Below, one piece after another: positions 44,777 to 55,590 of a stretch of 64,000 nt of DNA (position 1 is its first letter; every line of letters starts with the position of its first letter). The position numbers and the translations under genes are program-made. Origin of the DNA: Rebecca billardiae RCC1528 (taxonomy: Eukaryota > Protista > Haptophyta); assembly GCA_965240325.2 (NCBI GenBank), contig OZ251252.1:806001-870000 (forward strand), given 5' to 3'. The notes under the pieces were generated by a model. It ran no database searches. It worked only from the letters and a program-made list of their open reading frames with translations, and was not told the DNA's origin.

Positions 44777-45910
44777 ATGCTCGAGTCGCGCCCCGCGCTG
44801 CGATGCATCCTCGGGACCATGACGTTCGCCGGGCAGACCAGCCTCGAGGACGCGACGCTGATGGTCGAGCGCTTCGTCTCGCGCGGCCACGCCGAGCTGG
44901 ACACGGCGCGCATGTACGAGAAAGGCGCGACCGAGGCGCTGCTGGGCCGAATGTTTGAAGCGCAGCCGCGGCTGCGCGAGGCGACGGCGGTGGCCTCCAA
45001 GGTGAACCCGTTCAACACGCACGACCGCTCGCTCAGCGCCGCGTCGGTGCGCGCGCAGCTCGGCGCCTCGCTCCACGCGCTCGGCGCCGCCGCCCTGCCC
45101 GTCCTCTACTTGCACGCGCCGGACGCGCTCACGCCGATTGGGGAGACGCTCGACGCGGTCGCCGAGGCGCACGCCGCGGGCAAGTTCGTCGAGCTGGGGC
45201 TGTCGAACTACGCGGCGTGGGAGGTCGCGCACATCCACGCCCTGTGCCGAGAGCGCGGGATGGTCACGCCCACCATCTACCAAGGTGCGCGCTCGGCGCT
45301 TGCGCGCAGGCGCGGCGGGCGGCTGCGCCGCGCGGCGGCTGCGCGTGGCGACACCGGCCGCTGGCGCGCGCCGCCCCGCGCGCGCCGGCCGCGTGGCGCA
45401 GGCATGTACAACGCGATCACCCGCGACGTGGAGCGCGAGCTGCTGCCGTGCCTGCGCGCCCTCGGCATGCGCTTCTACGCGTACAACCCTCTCGCCGGCG
45501 GGCTGCTCACCGGCAAGCACGACCGCGCGGGCCTGGCGTCTGCGACCGAGGGGCGGTTCAGGGCGTCGAACGCGCTGTACCGGGGGCGGTACCTGGCGGA
45601 CGCGCAGCTCGAGGCGACGGAGGGCGTGTGCGCGGCGTGCGCGGAGCACGGCATCACGCCGACCGCCGCCGCGCTCCGCTGGCTGCGCCACCACAGCGCG
45701 CTGCGGCCGGCGGACGGCGTCATCGTCGGCGCCTCCAGGCCGGGCCACTTTGACGCCAACATGGCGGCGCTCGAGGACGAGCAGCCGCTGCCGGACGCCG
45801 TGGTCGAAGCGATGGACGCCGGGTGGCAGCGGGTGCGCACCGCCGGGTGCGTGCCGTCGTACGAGCGGGGCCACTCCAAGTACGAGGAACCGCCAGACAG
45901 CCCGCCGTGA
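44777..45910 (+). CDS. Aldo-keto reductase, AKR7/aflatoxin B1 aldehyde reductase-like; intron 45285-45401
   Basis: ILGTMTF, ELDTARMY, LYLHAPD, GKFVELGLSNYAAWEV, PTIYQG|MYNAITRDVE.EL.PCLR, FYAYNPLAGGLLTGK, ALRWL.HHS. The intron is an in-frame 117-nt GT..AG. Confidence 0.92.
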   Translation: MLESRPALRCILGTMTFAGQTSLEDATLMVERFVSRGHAELDTARMYEKGATEALLGRMFEAQPRLREATAVASKVNPFNTHDRSLSAASVRAQLGASLHALGAAALPVLYLHAPDALTPIGETLDAVAEAHAAGKFVELGLSNYAAWEVAHIHALCRERGMVTPTIYQGARSALARRRGGRLRRAAAARGDTGRWRAPPRARRPRGAGMYNAITRDVERELLPCLRALGMRFYAYNPLAGGLLTGKHDRAGLASATEGRFRASNALYRGRYLADAQLEATEGVCAACAEHGITPTAAALRWLRHHSALRPADGVIVGASRPGHFDANMAALEDEQPLPDAVVEAMDAGWQRVRTAGCVPSYERGHSKYEEPPDSPP

Positions 45911-47833
45911 GCGATCGCCCGACGCGGGCGGGTCACCGTGCCACGGCGAGATCGCCCGGGGGTGGGACGAAGCAGCTTGAAGTTGGTGCGGGCGGTGGCT
46001 GCTCGTCCCGAGCGTCGGACGGACGCCACGAGGCCGCGGCCGATGCCGTGCGCCGCTACCAGCAGTGTGTGAGTCACGTACGCCGATCGGGCCAGGCGCG
46101 CAGGACAACTGTACGCACTCGCAGCGATAGAGTGCGGCGGGCTGGGACGCCGGCAGTCGACAGTCGTGGTGACTGGCCAGCCGTGACGTGCTGAGACGAC
46201 AGCTGCCACAGCAGGTTACGCAGCTGGCTCCGGCTCCGGTCCACCCCCCCCCGCCAGACTGCTCTCCGTTACGAGTCTTGGCCCCGAGCCGACGGTCAAC
46301 CCGAAGCGGACCATGCAGCAGCCAGTCACCTTGGCACCACCGCGGACCGCCCCCTGACGATTGATGACTTATTATTCAACGACGAGAAATGGCGGCGCAT
46401 ATATCATATATATATTCGACCATACCGCCCAATAGCAGGTTCAGGCTCATCTAGCTCTGATGTTTACTATATATATATGTGTAATTACGCTACCCGCGTC
46501 GTCCCTTATTCTCAGATTTCACTCAGTTTCATCAGCTGAGCACTCACTGTCAGCAGCTACTGAGCGACATATGTTAATTATCATATTATATCACGGTGAA
46601 CAGAATGGCGGCCAAATGTCCACTTTACGGTGGCCGCCGCGCGACGCGGGCCGGCGGCCTAGTAAGAACCCTGAGCCGGCGCGGACGGGCACTGGCAGGT
46701 GCGCAACCACCCAATACATGCTCCAGACACCGCTCACCAGCCCCTGCCACCTCGTCTCCTCGTCTATTACTGCCCGCGACACGCGCGAATGTCATCTCAA
46801 TCACGCCCTGCGTCGCGCGACCGCGCGGCCGCGCGCGCATGCGGTGCGCAGGCGTCAGATGGCGGAGGTGGAGATGCGGTGCGACGCGCATGGTTGATCT
46901 CGCGCAGACGCACCTCGCTCGCAGGCCCGCTGCTACTGGATGCGCCCGGCTGCACCGTCTTTGCTGCGTGCAGTCGCAGGCGGCCGTTCTTGTCGACGGT
47001 GTTGGTGCGCTTCTTCATGATCTTGCCCACGAGCACCTGCTTGGCGGCCTGCTCGACGCGGCCAGCTCGCGGCATGCTCGTGCCGCGTCTGTTCGAGCTC
47101 AGCCCGCCCGCCCGGCACGTGCGGTCGCGGAACGTGTTGCCGATGATCTTGCCGTCGTGCTCCGACGCTTGTGTGCTCGCGCGGTGCAGCGCGCCGCCGA
47201 GTCGCACGATGGCGCGAAGGGCGATGGCGACGACCACGTGCGGGTAGCACGCGACCGTGCTCGTCCGCCGCTTGAGCTCGCGCGCATACGCGCACCTGGC
47301 GTTGAGCGCAGCAAGCACCATCACCTTCACCTCCGCGGCGGTCGTCGGACGCCGCCGACGAGTTCGCGCACCGCCGCCAACCACAGTCGGCAGAAGTCCT
47401 CACGCGTGAGCTGCGGCTGCTGCGGTGCCTGAGCAGCGTTGGCGTACCCCTCGCACGGCACGTTGGCGTCACGCGCGTGCTGCATCCTCTGCTGCCCGCC
47501 GTCACCGGCGTGGCCCTGGCCCTGGCGGTACCTGGCCGCACGCGGCGCGCACTACGACCTCGTCGTGTCCACTTTGCGTCTGCCGACGGCTCGGTCCACA
47601 CCGTTGATCGTCAGCCCTGGGCTCCGCGGCCGTGCAGCGCCACTGCTGTGCGACGATCGCATCGATGTGACTCACAGCGACTCACGCGTACGTGTGTCGT
47701 AGTAGTATGGCAGCGTCATGCAGGGCATCAGACGACTGATGACGAGGGCTCCTGCCTGAAGCGCACGGCCACGGGCCCGCGGAGGGATGAAAGTCGAAAG
47801 CAGACATCTGACATTCTGACATATGATCATCTG

Positions 47834-48556
47834 TTACACGGCGCCAATGCTGCCGCCACGGGCGAGGCCACCATCAATGCCGTCAGGGATGCAGTACAGT
47901 GGGAAGCCCGGGTGGAAGAGGCTGGATCTCACTGCCGACATCAGGAGCTCTTGCTCATCATCACGCAGGTGGAAGGGCCTTGCTGTCGGCATCAGACCCT
48001 CCTCATCGTGGGGGACGGCCAGGACGGATGGTGGCGCACGTGATGGTTGTTGCGGCGGCAGCAGAGGAAGGTCGTCGAATGCGGATGCCCCGCGTGCCAT
48101 CGAAAAGGGGAAGGCCGCGAAAATCGGTCCGCTGGCCGCATTGGCCTGCACGCCAGAAGAATGTGAGGATCGATGTGTCTGTGTGGTGGGCACCGCGACT
48201 TCGCGTGGGAGTCCGAGACGTTCGCGATGCTGTTGCTGTTGTCCGCAAACATCTGGCGTGCCGTAGGGAGGCGAGTGCGCGAGGGCAAGCATCGCCGGTA
48301 GCATCGCAGCGAGGGGGCCCTCGACTGTCGAGTTGGGGACAGCGTCGGCGCCGTGTTGCTGGCGGAGACGCAGGCGCTTGTTCTGGAACCAGATCCTGGC
48401 CTGTCGCGAGCTTACCCCAAGCATCGTCGCGAGCGCATCGACGGTGAAGCGGCTTGGCATGTTGGACACGCTAAAGACCGCCTCGAGGAGCTGCCTCTGC
48501 GCCGGAGTCGGCCTCCAGCGGCGCCGCACGTGCGCGTCACGAGGAGTGGGTGGCAT
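47834..48556 (-). CDS. Homeodomain protein (non-TALE, Q50)
   Basis: RRRWRPTPAQRQLLEAVFSVSNMPSRFTVDALATMLGVSSRQARIWFQNKR. Confidence 0.88.
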   Translation of the reverse strand: MPPTPRDAHVRRRWRPTPAQRQLLEAVFSVSNMPSRFTVDALATMLGVSSRQARIWFQNKRLRLRQQHGADAVPNSTVEGPLAAMLPAMLALAHSPPYGTPDVCGQQQQHRERLGLPREVAVPTTQTHRSSHSSGVQANAASGPIFAAFPFSMARGASAFDDLPLLPPQQPSRAPPSVLAVPHDEEGLMPTARPFHLRDDEQELLMSAVRSSLFHPGFPLYCIPDGIDGGLARGGSIGAV

Positions 48557-48645
48557 CGCCTCCGTTTCCAATCCGAGCCTGTTCCTGCGCGGGGCGGGCA
48601 GTTGGCGCTTGGAGAGCGACGACGGTTCTCGATCGAGGAGATGAA

Positions 48646-48916
48646 CGCACACAGCTCAGGCAGGCGAGTAGGCTACAATTATTACGCCTCCCTTGAGTCC
48701 CTTTCACAGCGATCGAATCGTCTTAAATTCGGAGCAATGTCTTCTCAGGTGCGCTGGCTAAGAGGTTTTTTAGCTGGGGCCTGTTCTCAGGGACATCCCT
48801 GAGAAAGGAGCCTGGGACACTGAGAAAGGTGGACGCGATACCGCTCGCAATTTCATCGACAGTGTTTGGCTGTGTACTCTCACTCTATCATTGAACTGTT
48901 GCCTGAGCTGTGTGCG
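48646..48916. mobile_element. MITE-like element (~270 bp)
   Basis: Inverted ends acgcacacagctcaggca / tgcctgagctgtgtgcgt around a lower-GC core; the same end motif occurs at 35031-35057. Confidence 0.6.
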
Positions 48917-51900
48917 TCTCTTATCATCATAGTAAACTGTGAATATCGACTTAAGTGTACACTTGCTGGGAATACGATTCGAAGAACTTGAGATTGTCGT
49001 TACCTGGCTGATGCTGCCGAGTGCCGCCCCGCGAATCTACGCCAACGCTGCTGCCTCCGCCTGACCGCCTCGGCCTGCACCGTCGGTCTGTGAGCGCCGC
49101 GGGCACGCCACAACTGAAGGTGTGCGGGAGGCCCATCACGCACGCCAACTCGGACTAAGTGATTTAATTGATGGCTCATGGCATGTGCCACTGGCAGCGC
49201 ACTGTCGCGGCACGGTCGCGGTCGTCAGGTCCGCGTCACTCTTACAAGAACGACCCGCGGAGCCGACTAAGCCGTTGCCGACTCCCCAAGTCCAGTGTAG
49301 AGTGTTGTATTGTCAATTGCCACACGCTAGTCCAGACTCACAGGGCAGCGCCAGCGGCCGTTCCGGCCGGTGCGGGACCGATGCCAGTCTGGCACCTCCG
49401 AATAAGCAGAGTCCGTCTTGAGTCCTGACCATCGGTCCCGATTCTACCGCTGATTCGAGTACCGTACGTACCGTACCGTACGGCCCGCCGCCCGAACCAG
49501 GCGGGACCGACGGCGACGGCCGGCGGCCCGGCGTGCGACGGGCCGTGACGGAGCCCCTGACCCGTCACCGCGGGCCAGTGCTGAATGAGTTCTGACTGGC
49601 GGCGGCGGCGGATCGGGATACTACCGGATCGATTTACGATTACGAATCCGGGACGACGACCAGTACTACTGACTAGTACTGGCGCACGGTGACCCCTGGG
49701 AGCGGCGCCGGCAGCGAGTCGGAGACGCCCCGGTCGCAGTGCGTCATCAGCCGGACCGCCGCCGGCGGACCGCGCCCGCCAGCCTAAGGCCGAGTACGGC
49801 GCCACTGACTGATGAGCGCCTACTCTTGCAGGGCGGCGTTTTCTTCACAGTGCAGGATTGGAATTTTCCGTGACGCTTCGGACGGTCCGCAGCTCGAGTC
49901 AGCGAATCCGGTCTCGGCCGGACAGTGGAACTCGGGTGGAAGCCGCGACTTCGCGGCGGACGGAGCCTCAAACGAGCGGTGCCTCGGCTCGCGGCGCGAT
50001 CTACTCGGCGAAGACCGACGAGGCTGCTCGCGGGCCCGACTATGCGTCGACGCGGGCTGGGGTCGTCTTCCGCGTGGCGCTGGGCAAGTTCCTCGCCGCC
50101 CTGACGGGTGCTCTCCTTTCGCCCTCACGGCGCGCGCGGTGCGTTTCGCGAGCTTCTTGCATGCACCGCCCGCGGTTGCGCCCGAGCCTGATGCTTCAGT
50201 CGACACGGCAGGTGGCTCGCGCAGGGTGGGATTGTGTGCGGGTGCCGCTGGCGGTGCGTCTCACCCTCCTGAAATTGTGTGGGAGGCTGTGACATTGCAC
50301 GCGTACACCCCGCCACGCCCGCGGCCCGCCCGCGCAAACGCCGCGCCGCGCAGTTGTCTTTGACCTCGAGCGAGCCTGAGGCGTGGAGGCGACCGACGGC
50401 GGGGTGCGACTTGCCCACCGACCCGAGCCGCATCACCCAGCGCAGCCTCGCCCGCGACGACGCTTCGCCTGGCTGCCACTGCTCAGCCGCGTGCAAGGCG
50501 GGCTGGGCGACGTCTTTGCCGAGCGCGGCTGCAGCGCAGCACGCGAGAGGCTGGAGCGCCATGACGCGGATGGCGGAGCGGGCTTTGGGCTGGCTGGCAT
50601 GAGCCGCCAGGCTGTACCGTCCGCGCAGATCGCGCTCGGCCCGGCCGCAGCCCTCCTGAGCGCGCGCCTCAGAGCTGAGACTGATCACGTGCACGCGCAC
50701 AAGCCACACTGCCGTGGCTGTGTCGAGCAGCTGCGTGTGCTCGAGGCGCGGCGCTCGCACGGGCCACGCGGGCGCAGCGGGTGCGCGTAGCTGGCGCACG
50801 CAGTGCCACGTCCTGCCGCGCCAGTTTGGCGGCCGTCCGCCCCCCCGAGCTCGAGTTCTGCGCGCTTTGCGACGGCGCGGCCGGCCGCGCCCATCTTCAT
50901 GCTTGGGCACGCCAGCATGGCCGCCGCCGGGCCTGCTGCGCGCGCCGAAGCTGGAGGGCGGAGGAGGGCGCTGGGCTGCTCCTACGGCGTGCTGCAGCCC
51001 GGGCAGGCTTTTCCGCGGCGCGGCGAGGCCGTCGCGCCTGCTCGCCGCCGTCGAGTCGCCCGTGCTGAGTGACCGTCGGCCGCATGTGCTCGGCGGCACC
51101 GCAGGCAGGCGTCCCATACCAGTGTGCTCGAGCCGCTGCGCGCACCCAAGGCGAGCTGCTCGAGCGGGCTAGGTGGGCCCACGGAGTGCGCGCAGCTGGC
51201 GCACGCAGCCCCGCGTCATGGGGTGTCGGTTTGACGGTCGCCAGCCCCCGTGGGCTCGAGCTCTGTGCGCTTCACCACAGAGGTGCCGACGGCGCCCCGC
51301 GGCGCGCAACGGCGTGGCAGCATGGCCGCCGCCGGCGCCGCCGCACATGCCGCCGCTTACGGGCAGTCGAGAGCTTGGGGCAGCACCTACGGCATGCTGC
51401 AGCTCGGGCGGGCTCTGCCAGCCTGCTGTGGCGTGATCGCGCATTTTCCAGACCGTCGACTCGCCCGCGCTGCATATTTGTTTGCTGCGCGTGCTCGACG
51501 GCGCCGCTGCTGCCGCTACGGCCGCGCGTTGCTGCGTCGCGAGCGAGCCCGATGCGAGCTGAACGGCGGCGTGCTCATCGCTGCTGGCGCAGATGGGCGC
51601 GTCATGGTGGCCACGCACGATGCTGAGTGCTCGCGCGTGCCAGACGAGGCGCGTGCTCGCGCTGTGGCTCAATGTCCGGCAGTGCGCGTGGCAGGCCGCA
51701 GCTGCTCGACAACAGAACCAGCGGGCAGTGATCGGGCTGCGCGCGCGCAGCTGATGGCGGCGAACGAGCGAGCCCGCACCGCCGCGCAAGGGCTGGGCGA
51801 CTGGCGCCGAGGTGGCGCGCACGTCGTCCGCTGCCGTTGGCATCGCGGCGGACGCTTCAAGCTCGTTCGGCCGGCGTGTTTTCTCCGACGCCCACCTGCG

Positions 51901-52189
51901 AGCGCTGCCGGCGGGTATGGACCCGAGTTTCTGCTACCCATATTACCTTCATAGGGGAAATGTTTTCTATAGGGATTTTTGGCCCTGTCGGCCGTAGCGA
52001 TGGTAACACCCCGGTCACCCGCCCGCGCAGGCACGCGAGGGACTGCGGCTCGACAGCGCGCGCGTCAGGCGCGCGCGCGCGGCGGCGGCCGCGCGGCGGC
52101 GCGCCGCATCGCCGCCGTGACGCCGTCGGCGTCCTGAGTCAGCGGCGTGGTCGGTCCGCGGCGGCACTCCTGGGCCGGCGGGCCCGGGC

Positions 52190-53375
52190 CTCGCGGCCCG
52201 GGAGGAGGCCCCCTGTAACAGCTGTAACACCGTAACACGTAACAAGTCCGGCTCGTCCCGGAGTCCGGGGCTGCCGGCGGGCCGGCCGCGCCGGGCCCGG
52301 GAGGAGGCCCCCTGTAACAGCTGTAACACCGTAACACGTAACAAGTCCGGCGCGTCCGAGTCCGGGGCTGCCGGCGGGCCCGGGCCTCGCGGCCCGGGAG
52401 GAGGCCCCCTGTAACAGCTGTAACACCTGTAACACGTAACAAGTCCGGCTCGTCCCGGAGTCCGGGGCTGCCGGCGGGCCGGCCGCGCCGGGCCCGGGAG
52501 GAGGCCCCCTGTAACTAAGCTGTAACACCGTAACACGTAACAAGTCCGGCGCGTCCGGGTCCGGGGCTGCCGGCGGGCCCGGGCCTCGCGGCCCGGGAGG
52601 AGGCCCCCTGTAACAGCTGTAACACCTGTAACACGTAACAAGTCCGGCTCGTCCCGGAGTCCGGGGCTGCCGGCGGGCCGGCCGCGCCGGGCCCGGGAGG
52701 CCAGGCCCCGCCTGTAACAGCTGTAACACCTGTAACACGTAACAAGTCCGGCGCGTCCGGGTCCGGGGCTGCCGGCGGGCCCGGGCCTCGCGGCCCGGGA
52801 GGAGGCCCCCTGTAACAGCTGTAACACCTGTAACACGTAACAAGTCCGGCTCGTCCCGGAGTCCGGGGCTGCCGGCGGGCCGGCCGCGCCGGGCCCGGGA
52901 GCAGAGGCCCCCTGTAACAGCTGTAACACCTGTAACACGTAACAAGTCCGGCGCGTCCGGGTCCGGGGCTGCCGGCGGGCCCGGGCCTCGCGGCCCGGGA
53001 GGAGGCCCCCTGTAACAGCTGTAACACCGTAACACGTAACAAGTCCGGCTCGTCCGAGTCCGGGGCTGCCGGCGGGCCCCGGGGCCGCGCTGCCGGGCCC
53101 GCGGGAGGAGGCCCCCTGTAACAGACAGCTGTAACACCGTAACACGACGTAACAAGTCCGGCGCGGCGAGTCCGGGAGCCGGCCGGGCCGGGGCCGGGGC
53201 GGGCGGGCCGCCGGGCCCGGGAGGAGGCCCCCTGTAACAGCTGTAACACCGTAACACGTAACAAGTCCGGCGCGGCGAGTCCGGGAGCCGACCGGTCCAG
53301 GTCCGGGGCGGGCGGGCCGTCGGGCCCGGGAGGAGGCCCCCTGTTACAGCTGTAACACCGTAACACGTAACACAA
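52190..53375. repeat. Tandem array of 12 units (~97-116 bp; mostly alternating A/B types) with a GTAAC-rich core
   Basis: Core gggaggaggccccctgtaacagctgtaacaccgtaacacgtaacaagtccgg; ctgt starts at 52213, 52312, 52409, 52509, 52608, 52712, 52810, 52912, 53010, 53116, 53232 and 53341. Confidence 0.95.
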
Positions 53376-55590
53376 TGGCGCCGCTCGGCCATGGCCTTCG
53401 GCCCGGTGAAAAAATGGCGGCGGGGCGCGCGGCGCGCAGCGTCGCGCTCGGTGCGCTCGGCGGGGCTCGAGGAACGCCCGCGGACGGGCGAGCGCGCACG
53501 GGCGCGAGCACGAGTCGCGTCGCCCGCGCCCCTCCCCGAGCGACCTGCCGCCGCGTCTCGCGACGATGGCGGTGTGGACGCTCGTCCGTGGCCGCGTGAA
53601 ATAATGGCGGCGGGGCGCGCGGCGCGCAGCGTCGCGCTCGGTGCGCTCGGCGGGGCTCGAGGAGCGCACGCGGACGGGCGAGCGCGCACGGGCGCGAGCA
53701 CCGCGGCGGTTCGCGTGGCGTCGCGCTGCACCGACCCCGGCGCGAGCGCCGAGTCCTTGTTTGCACGCCGCCTCGTTTGCCGAGCCCGTCGGCCGACGGC
53801 GCGAGGTGGGCGCGGCGGCGGCGGCGGCGGCGGCGGGGCGGCGGCGGCGGCGACGGCGGCGGCGTGCGGGCGCATGCGCGCTGCACGGCCGCCGCGTCGT
53901 CAACGCGCCGGGCCCATCGCGGCACGGCCGCTGGCGAACGCGGCGTGGAAGCGCGAGGCAAACTCGGCGCTGCGTGGCGGCGCGCCCGCGCGGCCGCCGC
54001 CCGCGCAGAAGAGCATGCTGCGCAGGCAGACGGCGCGCGCGCGCCCGGCGCCGCGCGCTGCCACGCACGCCTCGTCGGCGCAGCACAGGTCGAGGCCGTC
54101 GGACTTGGCGAAGTAGAAGACGGTGCGTCGCGCGTGCTCGGCGCCCTTGCACTCGCACCACCTGCTGGCGGTCGAGCACGTCGCGACCGGGCCGTGCGCC
54201 GTGCTCCCAGCAAACACCTGCACGATGCGCGGCCAGCGCTCGGCCGAGCCAGAGACTCGTGCGTGCGCGTGCAGCTGCTCGTTGAGCCAGCCGACCAGCG
54301 CCGCGCGCCGCGCGCCGGCCGCCGCATCGCGACCGGCGGCGCTCGTCGCCGGCACAGCCGGTCGGCCGGGCGCGGGCGGCGGCGCGCTCCACTCGACCAG
54401 CTCGGTGCGCAGCCGCGCGCGAGAGAGCCAGCGCGCGCCATCCGCCGCGAGCCGCCGCAGCGCGTGCTGCGCAGGCAGCGCGTCGAGCCACGCGCAGCGC
54501 ACGGCGCCGTGCTCGTCGGCGGCGACGACGGCTGCCGGCAGGTAGGGCGGGCCGCCGTCCGACTTGGCCGTGAACGGCAGGCGCAGGCCCGCCCCGTAGA
54601 TGCTGCAGTCGATCTCGAGCTTGTGCCAGCACGGCGGCCGCGGCTGCGAGCGCGCCCAGTCGAGCAGGACGCGCGCGATGCGCGCCGCCTCAGCGGCCGA
54701 GACGATGGCCGAGTCGTTCCATGTCGCGTGAATCCCGGCTCGGCGCACGCCCGGCGCCGAGCCGGCGGCGGTCGCGGGGCTGGGCGCGCGCGCCGAGACG
54801 TACACGACGCGCCCAGCCACGGGAACGGGCACGGGCAGATGCTCCTCCGCGACGCGGTAGAGGCCGACGAGCAGTGCGGCCACGTCCGAGGGGGAGGGCG
54901 CGGTGCTGAAGGCGCAGTCCACATCGACGACGAAGCGCGCGCGCGCGCCGAGCGCCTCGACCACCATGGGCGCGCGCGCGCCGTGCACCAAGTGCTGCGC
55001 GGCCACGAGTGCATCGAGCTCGCGCAGGCGGCTGCTCGGCACGTGCAGCCGGCCGCCGAACGTACGCTGCGAGCCACTTGCCAGGAACACAACCTCGTGC
55101 GTGCACGCCTCGCCTGGGCGCGCGACGCTGCGCGCCGCGCGCCCCGCCGCCATTTTTTCACGCGGCCACGGACGAGCGGCCACTGCGCCATCGTCGCGAG
55201 ACGCGGCGGCAGGTCGCTCGGGGAGGGGCGCGGGCGACGCGACTCGTGCTCGCGCCCGTGCGCGCTCGCCCGTCCGCAGTCGTTCCTCGAGCCCCGCCGA
55301 GCGCACCGAGCGCGACGCTGCGCGCCGCGCGCCCCGCCGCCATTTTTTCACCGGGCCGACGGGCCGCGGCCGAGCGGCGCCATTGTGTTACGTGTTACGG
55401 TGTTACAGCTGTTACAGGGGGCCTCCTCCCGGGCCCGGCCCGGGCGGCCCGCCCGCCCCGGACCTGGACCGGTCGGCTCCCGGACTCGCCGCGCCGGACT
55501 TGTTACGTGTTACGGTGTTACAGCTGTTACAGGGGGCCTCCTCCCGGGGCCCAGCGCCACCCGCCCGGCCCCGGACCCGGACTGGCCGGC
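53165..55590. repeat. ~450-bp inverted repeats (about 53165-53637 and 55120-55590) flanking the primase gene
   Basis: cacaatggcgccgctcggcc...gaaaaaatggcggcggggcgcgc...cgtctcgcgacgatggcg recurs reverse-complemented, together with the two innermost GTAAC units. Confidence 0.92.
53900..55153 (-). CDS. Archaeo-eukaryotic primase / PrimPol-like protein (NCLDV-herpesvirus clade) with UL52-type Zn ribbon
   Basis: TH....GGRLHVP N-terminus, motif I RFVVDVD, motif II GIH, motif III IDCSIY, GLRLPFTAK, and C-terminal SRWCECKGAEH...VFY...CCADEAC (C-H-C-C). Intronless; ATG at 55153 in an AAAAAATGGCG context. Confidence 0.85.
   Translation of the reverse strand: MAAGRAARSVARPGEACTHEVVFLASGSQRTFGGRLHVPSSRLRELDALVAAQHLVHGARAPMVVEALGARARFVVDVDCAFSTAPSPSDVAALLVGLYRVAEEHLPVPVPVAGRVVYVSARAPSPATAAGSAPGVRRAGIHATWNDSAIVSAAEAARIARVLLDWARSQPRPPCWHKLEIDCSIYGAGLRLPFTAKSDGGPPYLPAAVVAADEHGAVRCAWLDALPAQHALRRLAADGARWLSRARLRTELVEWSAPPPAPGRPAVPATSAAGRDAAAGARRAALVGWLNEQLHAHARVSGSAERWPRIVQVFAGSTAHGPVATCSTASRWCECKGAEHARRTVFYFAKSDGLDLCCADEACVAARGAGRARAVCLRSMLFCAGGGRAGAPPRSAEFASRFHAAFASGRAAMGPAR

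Noticed and set aside
46797-47384. ORF with a protein-like segment (GKIIGNTF...VLVGKIMKK)
   Set aside because: No ATG start or recognisable domain; possibly a decayed gene fragment, but it cannot be supported.
52190-53375. CRISPR-like repeat-spacer array
   Set aside because: The inter-repeat segments are near-identical alternating variants rather than unique spacers, no cas genes are present, and the context is eukaryotic.
52015-53875. Repetitive ORFs (CYVLRCYSCYRG...)
   Set aside because: Several frames are open only because the tandem unit lacks stop codons, and indels between units do not preserve frame.
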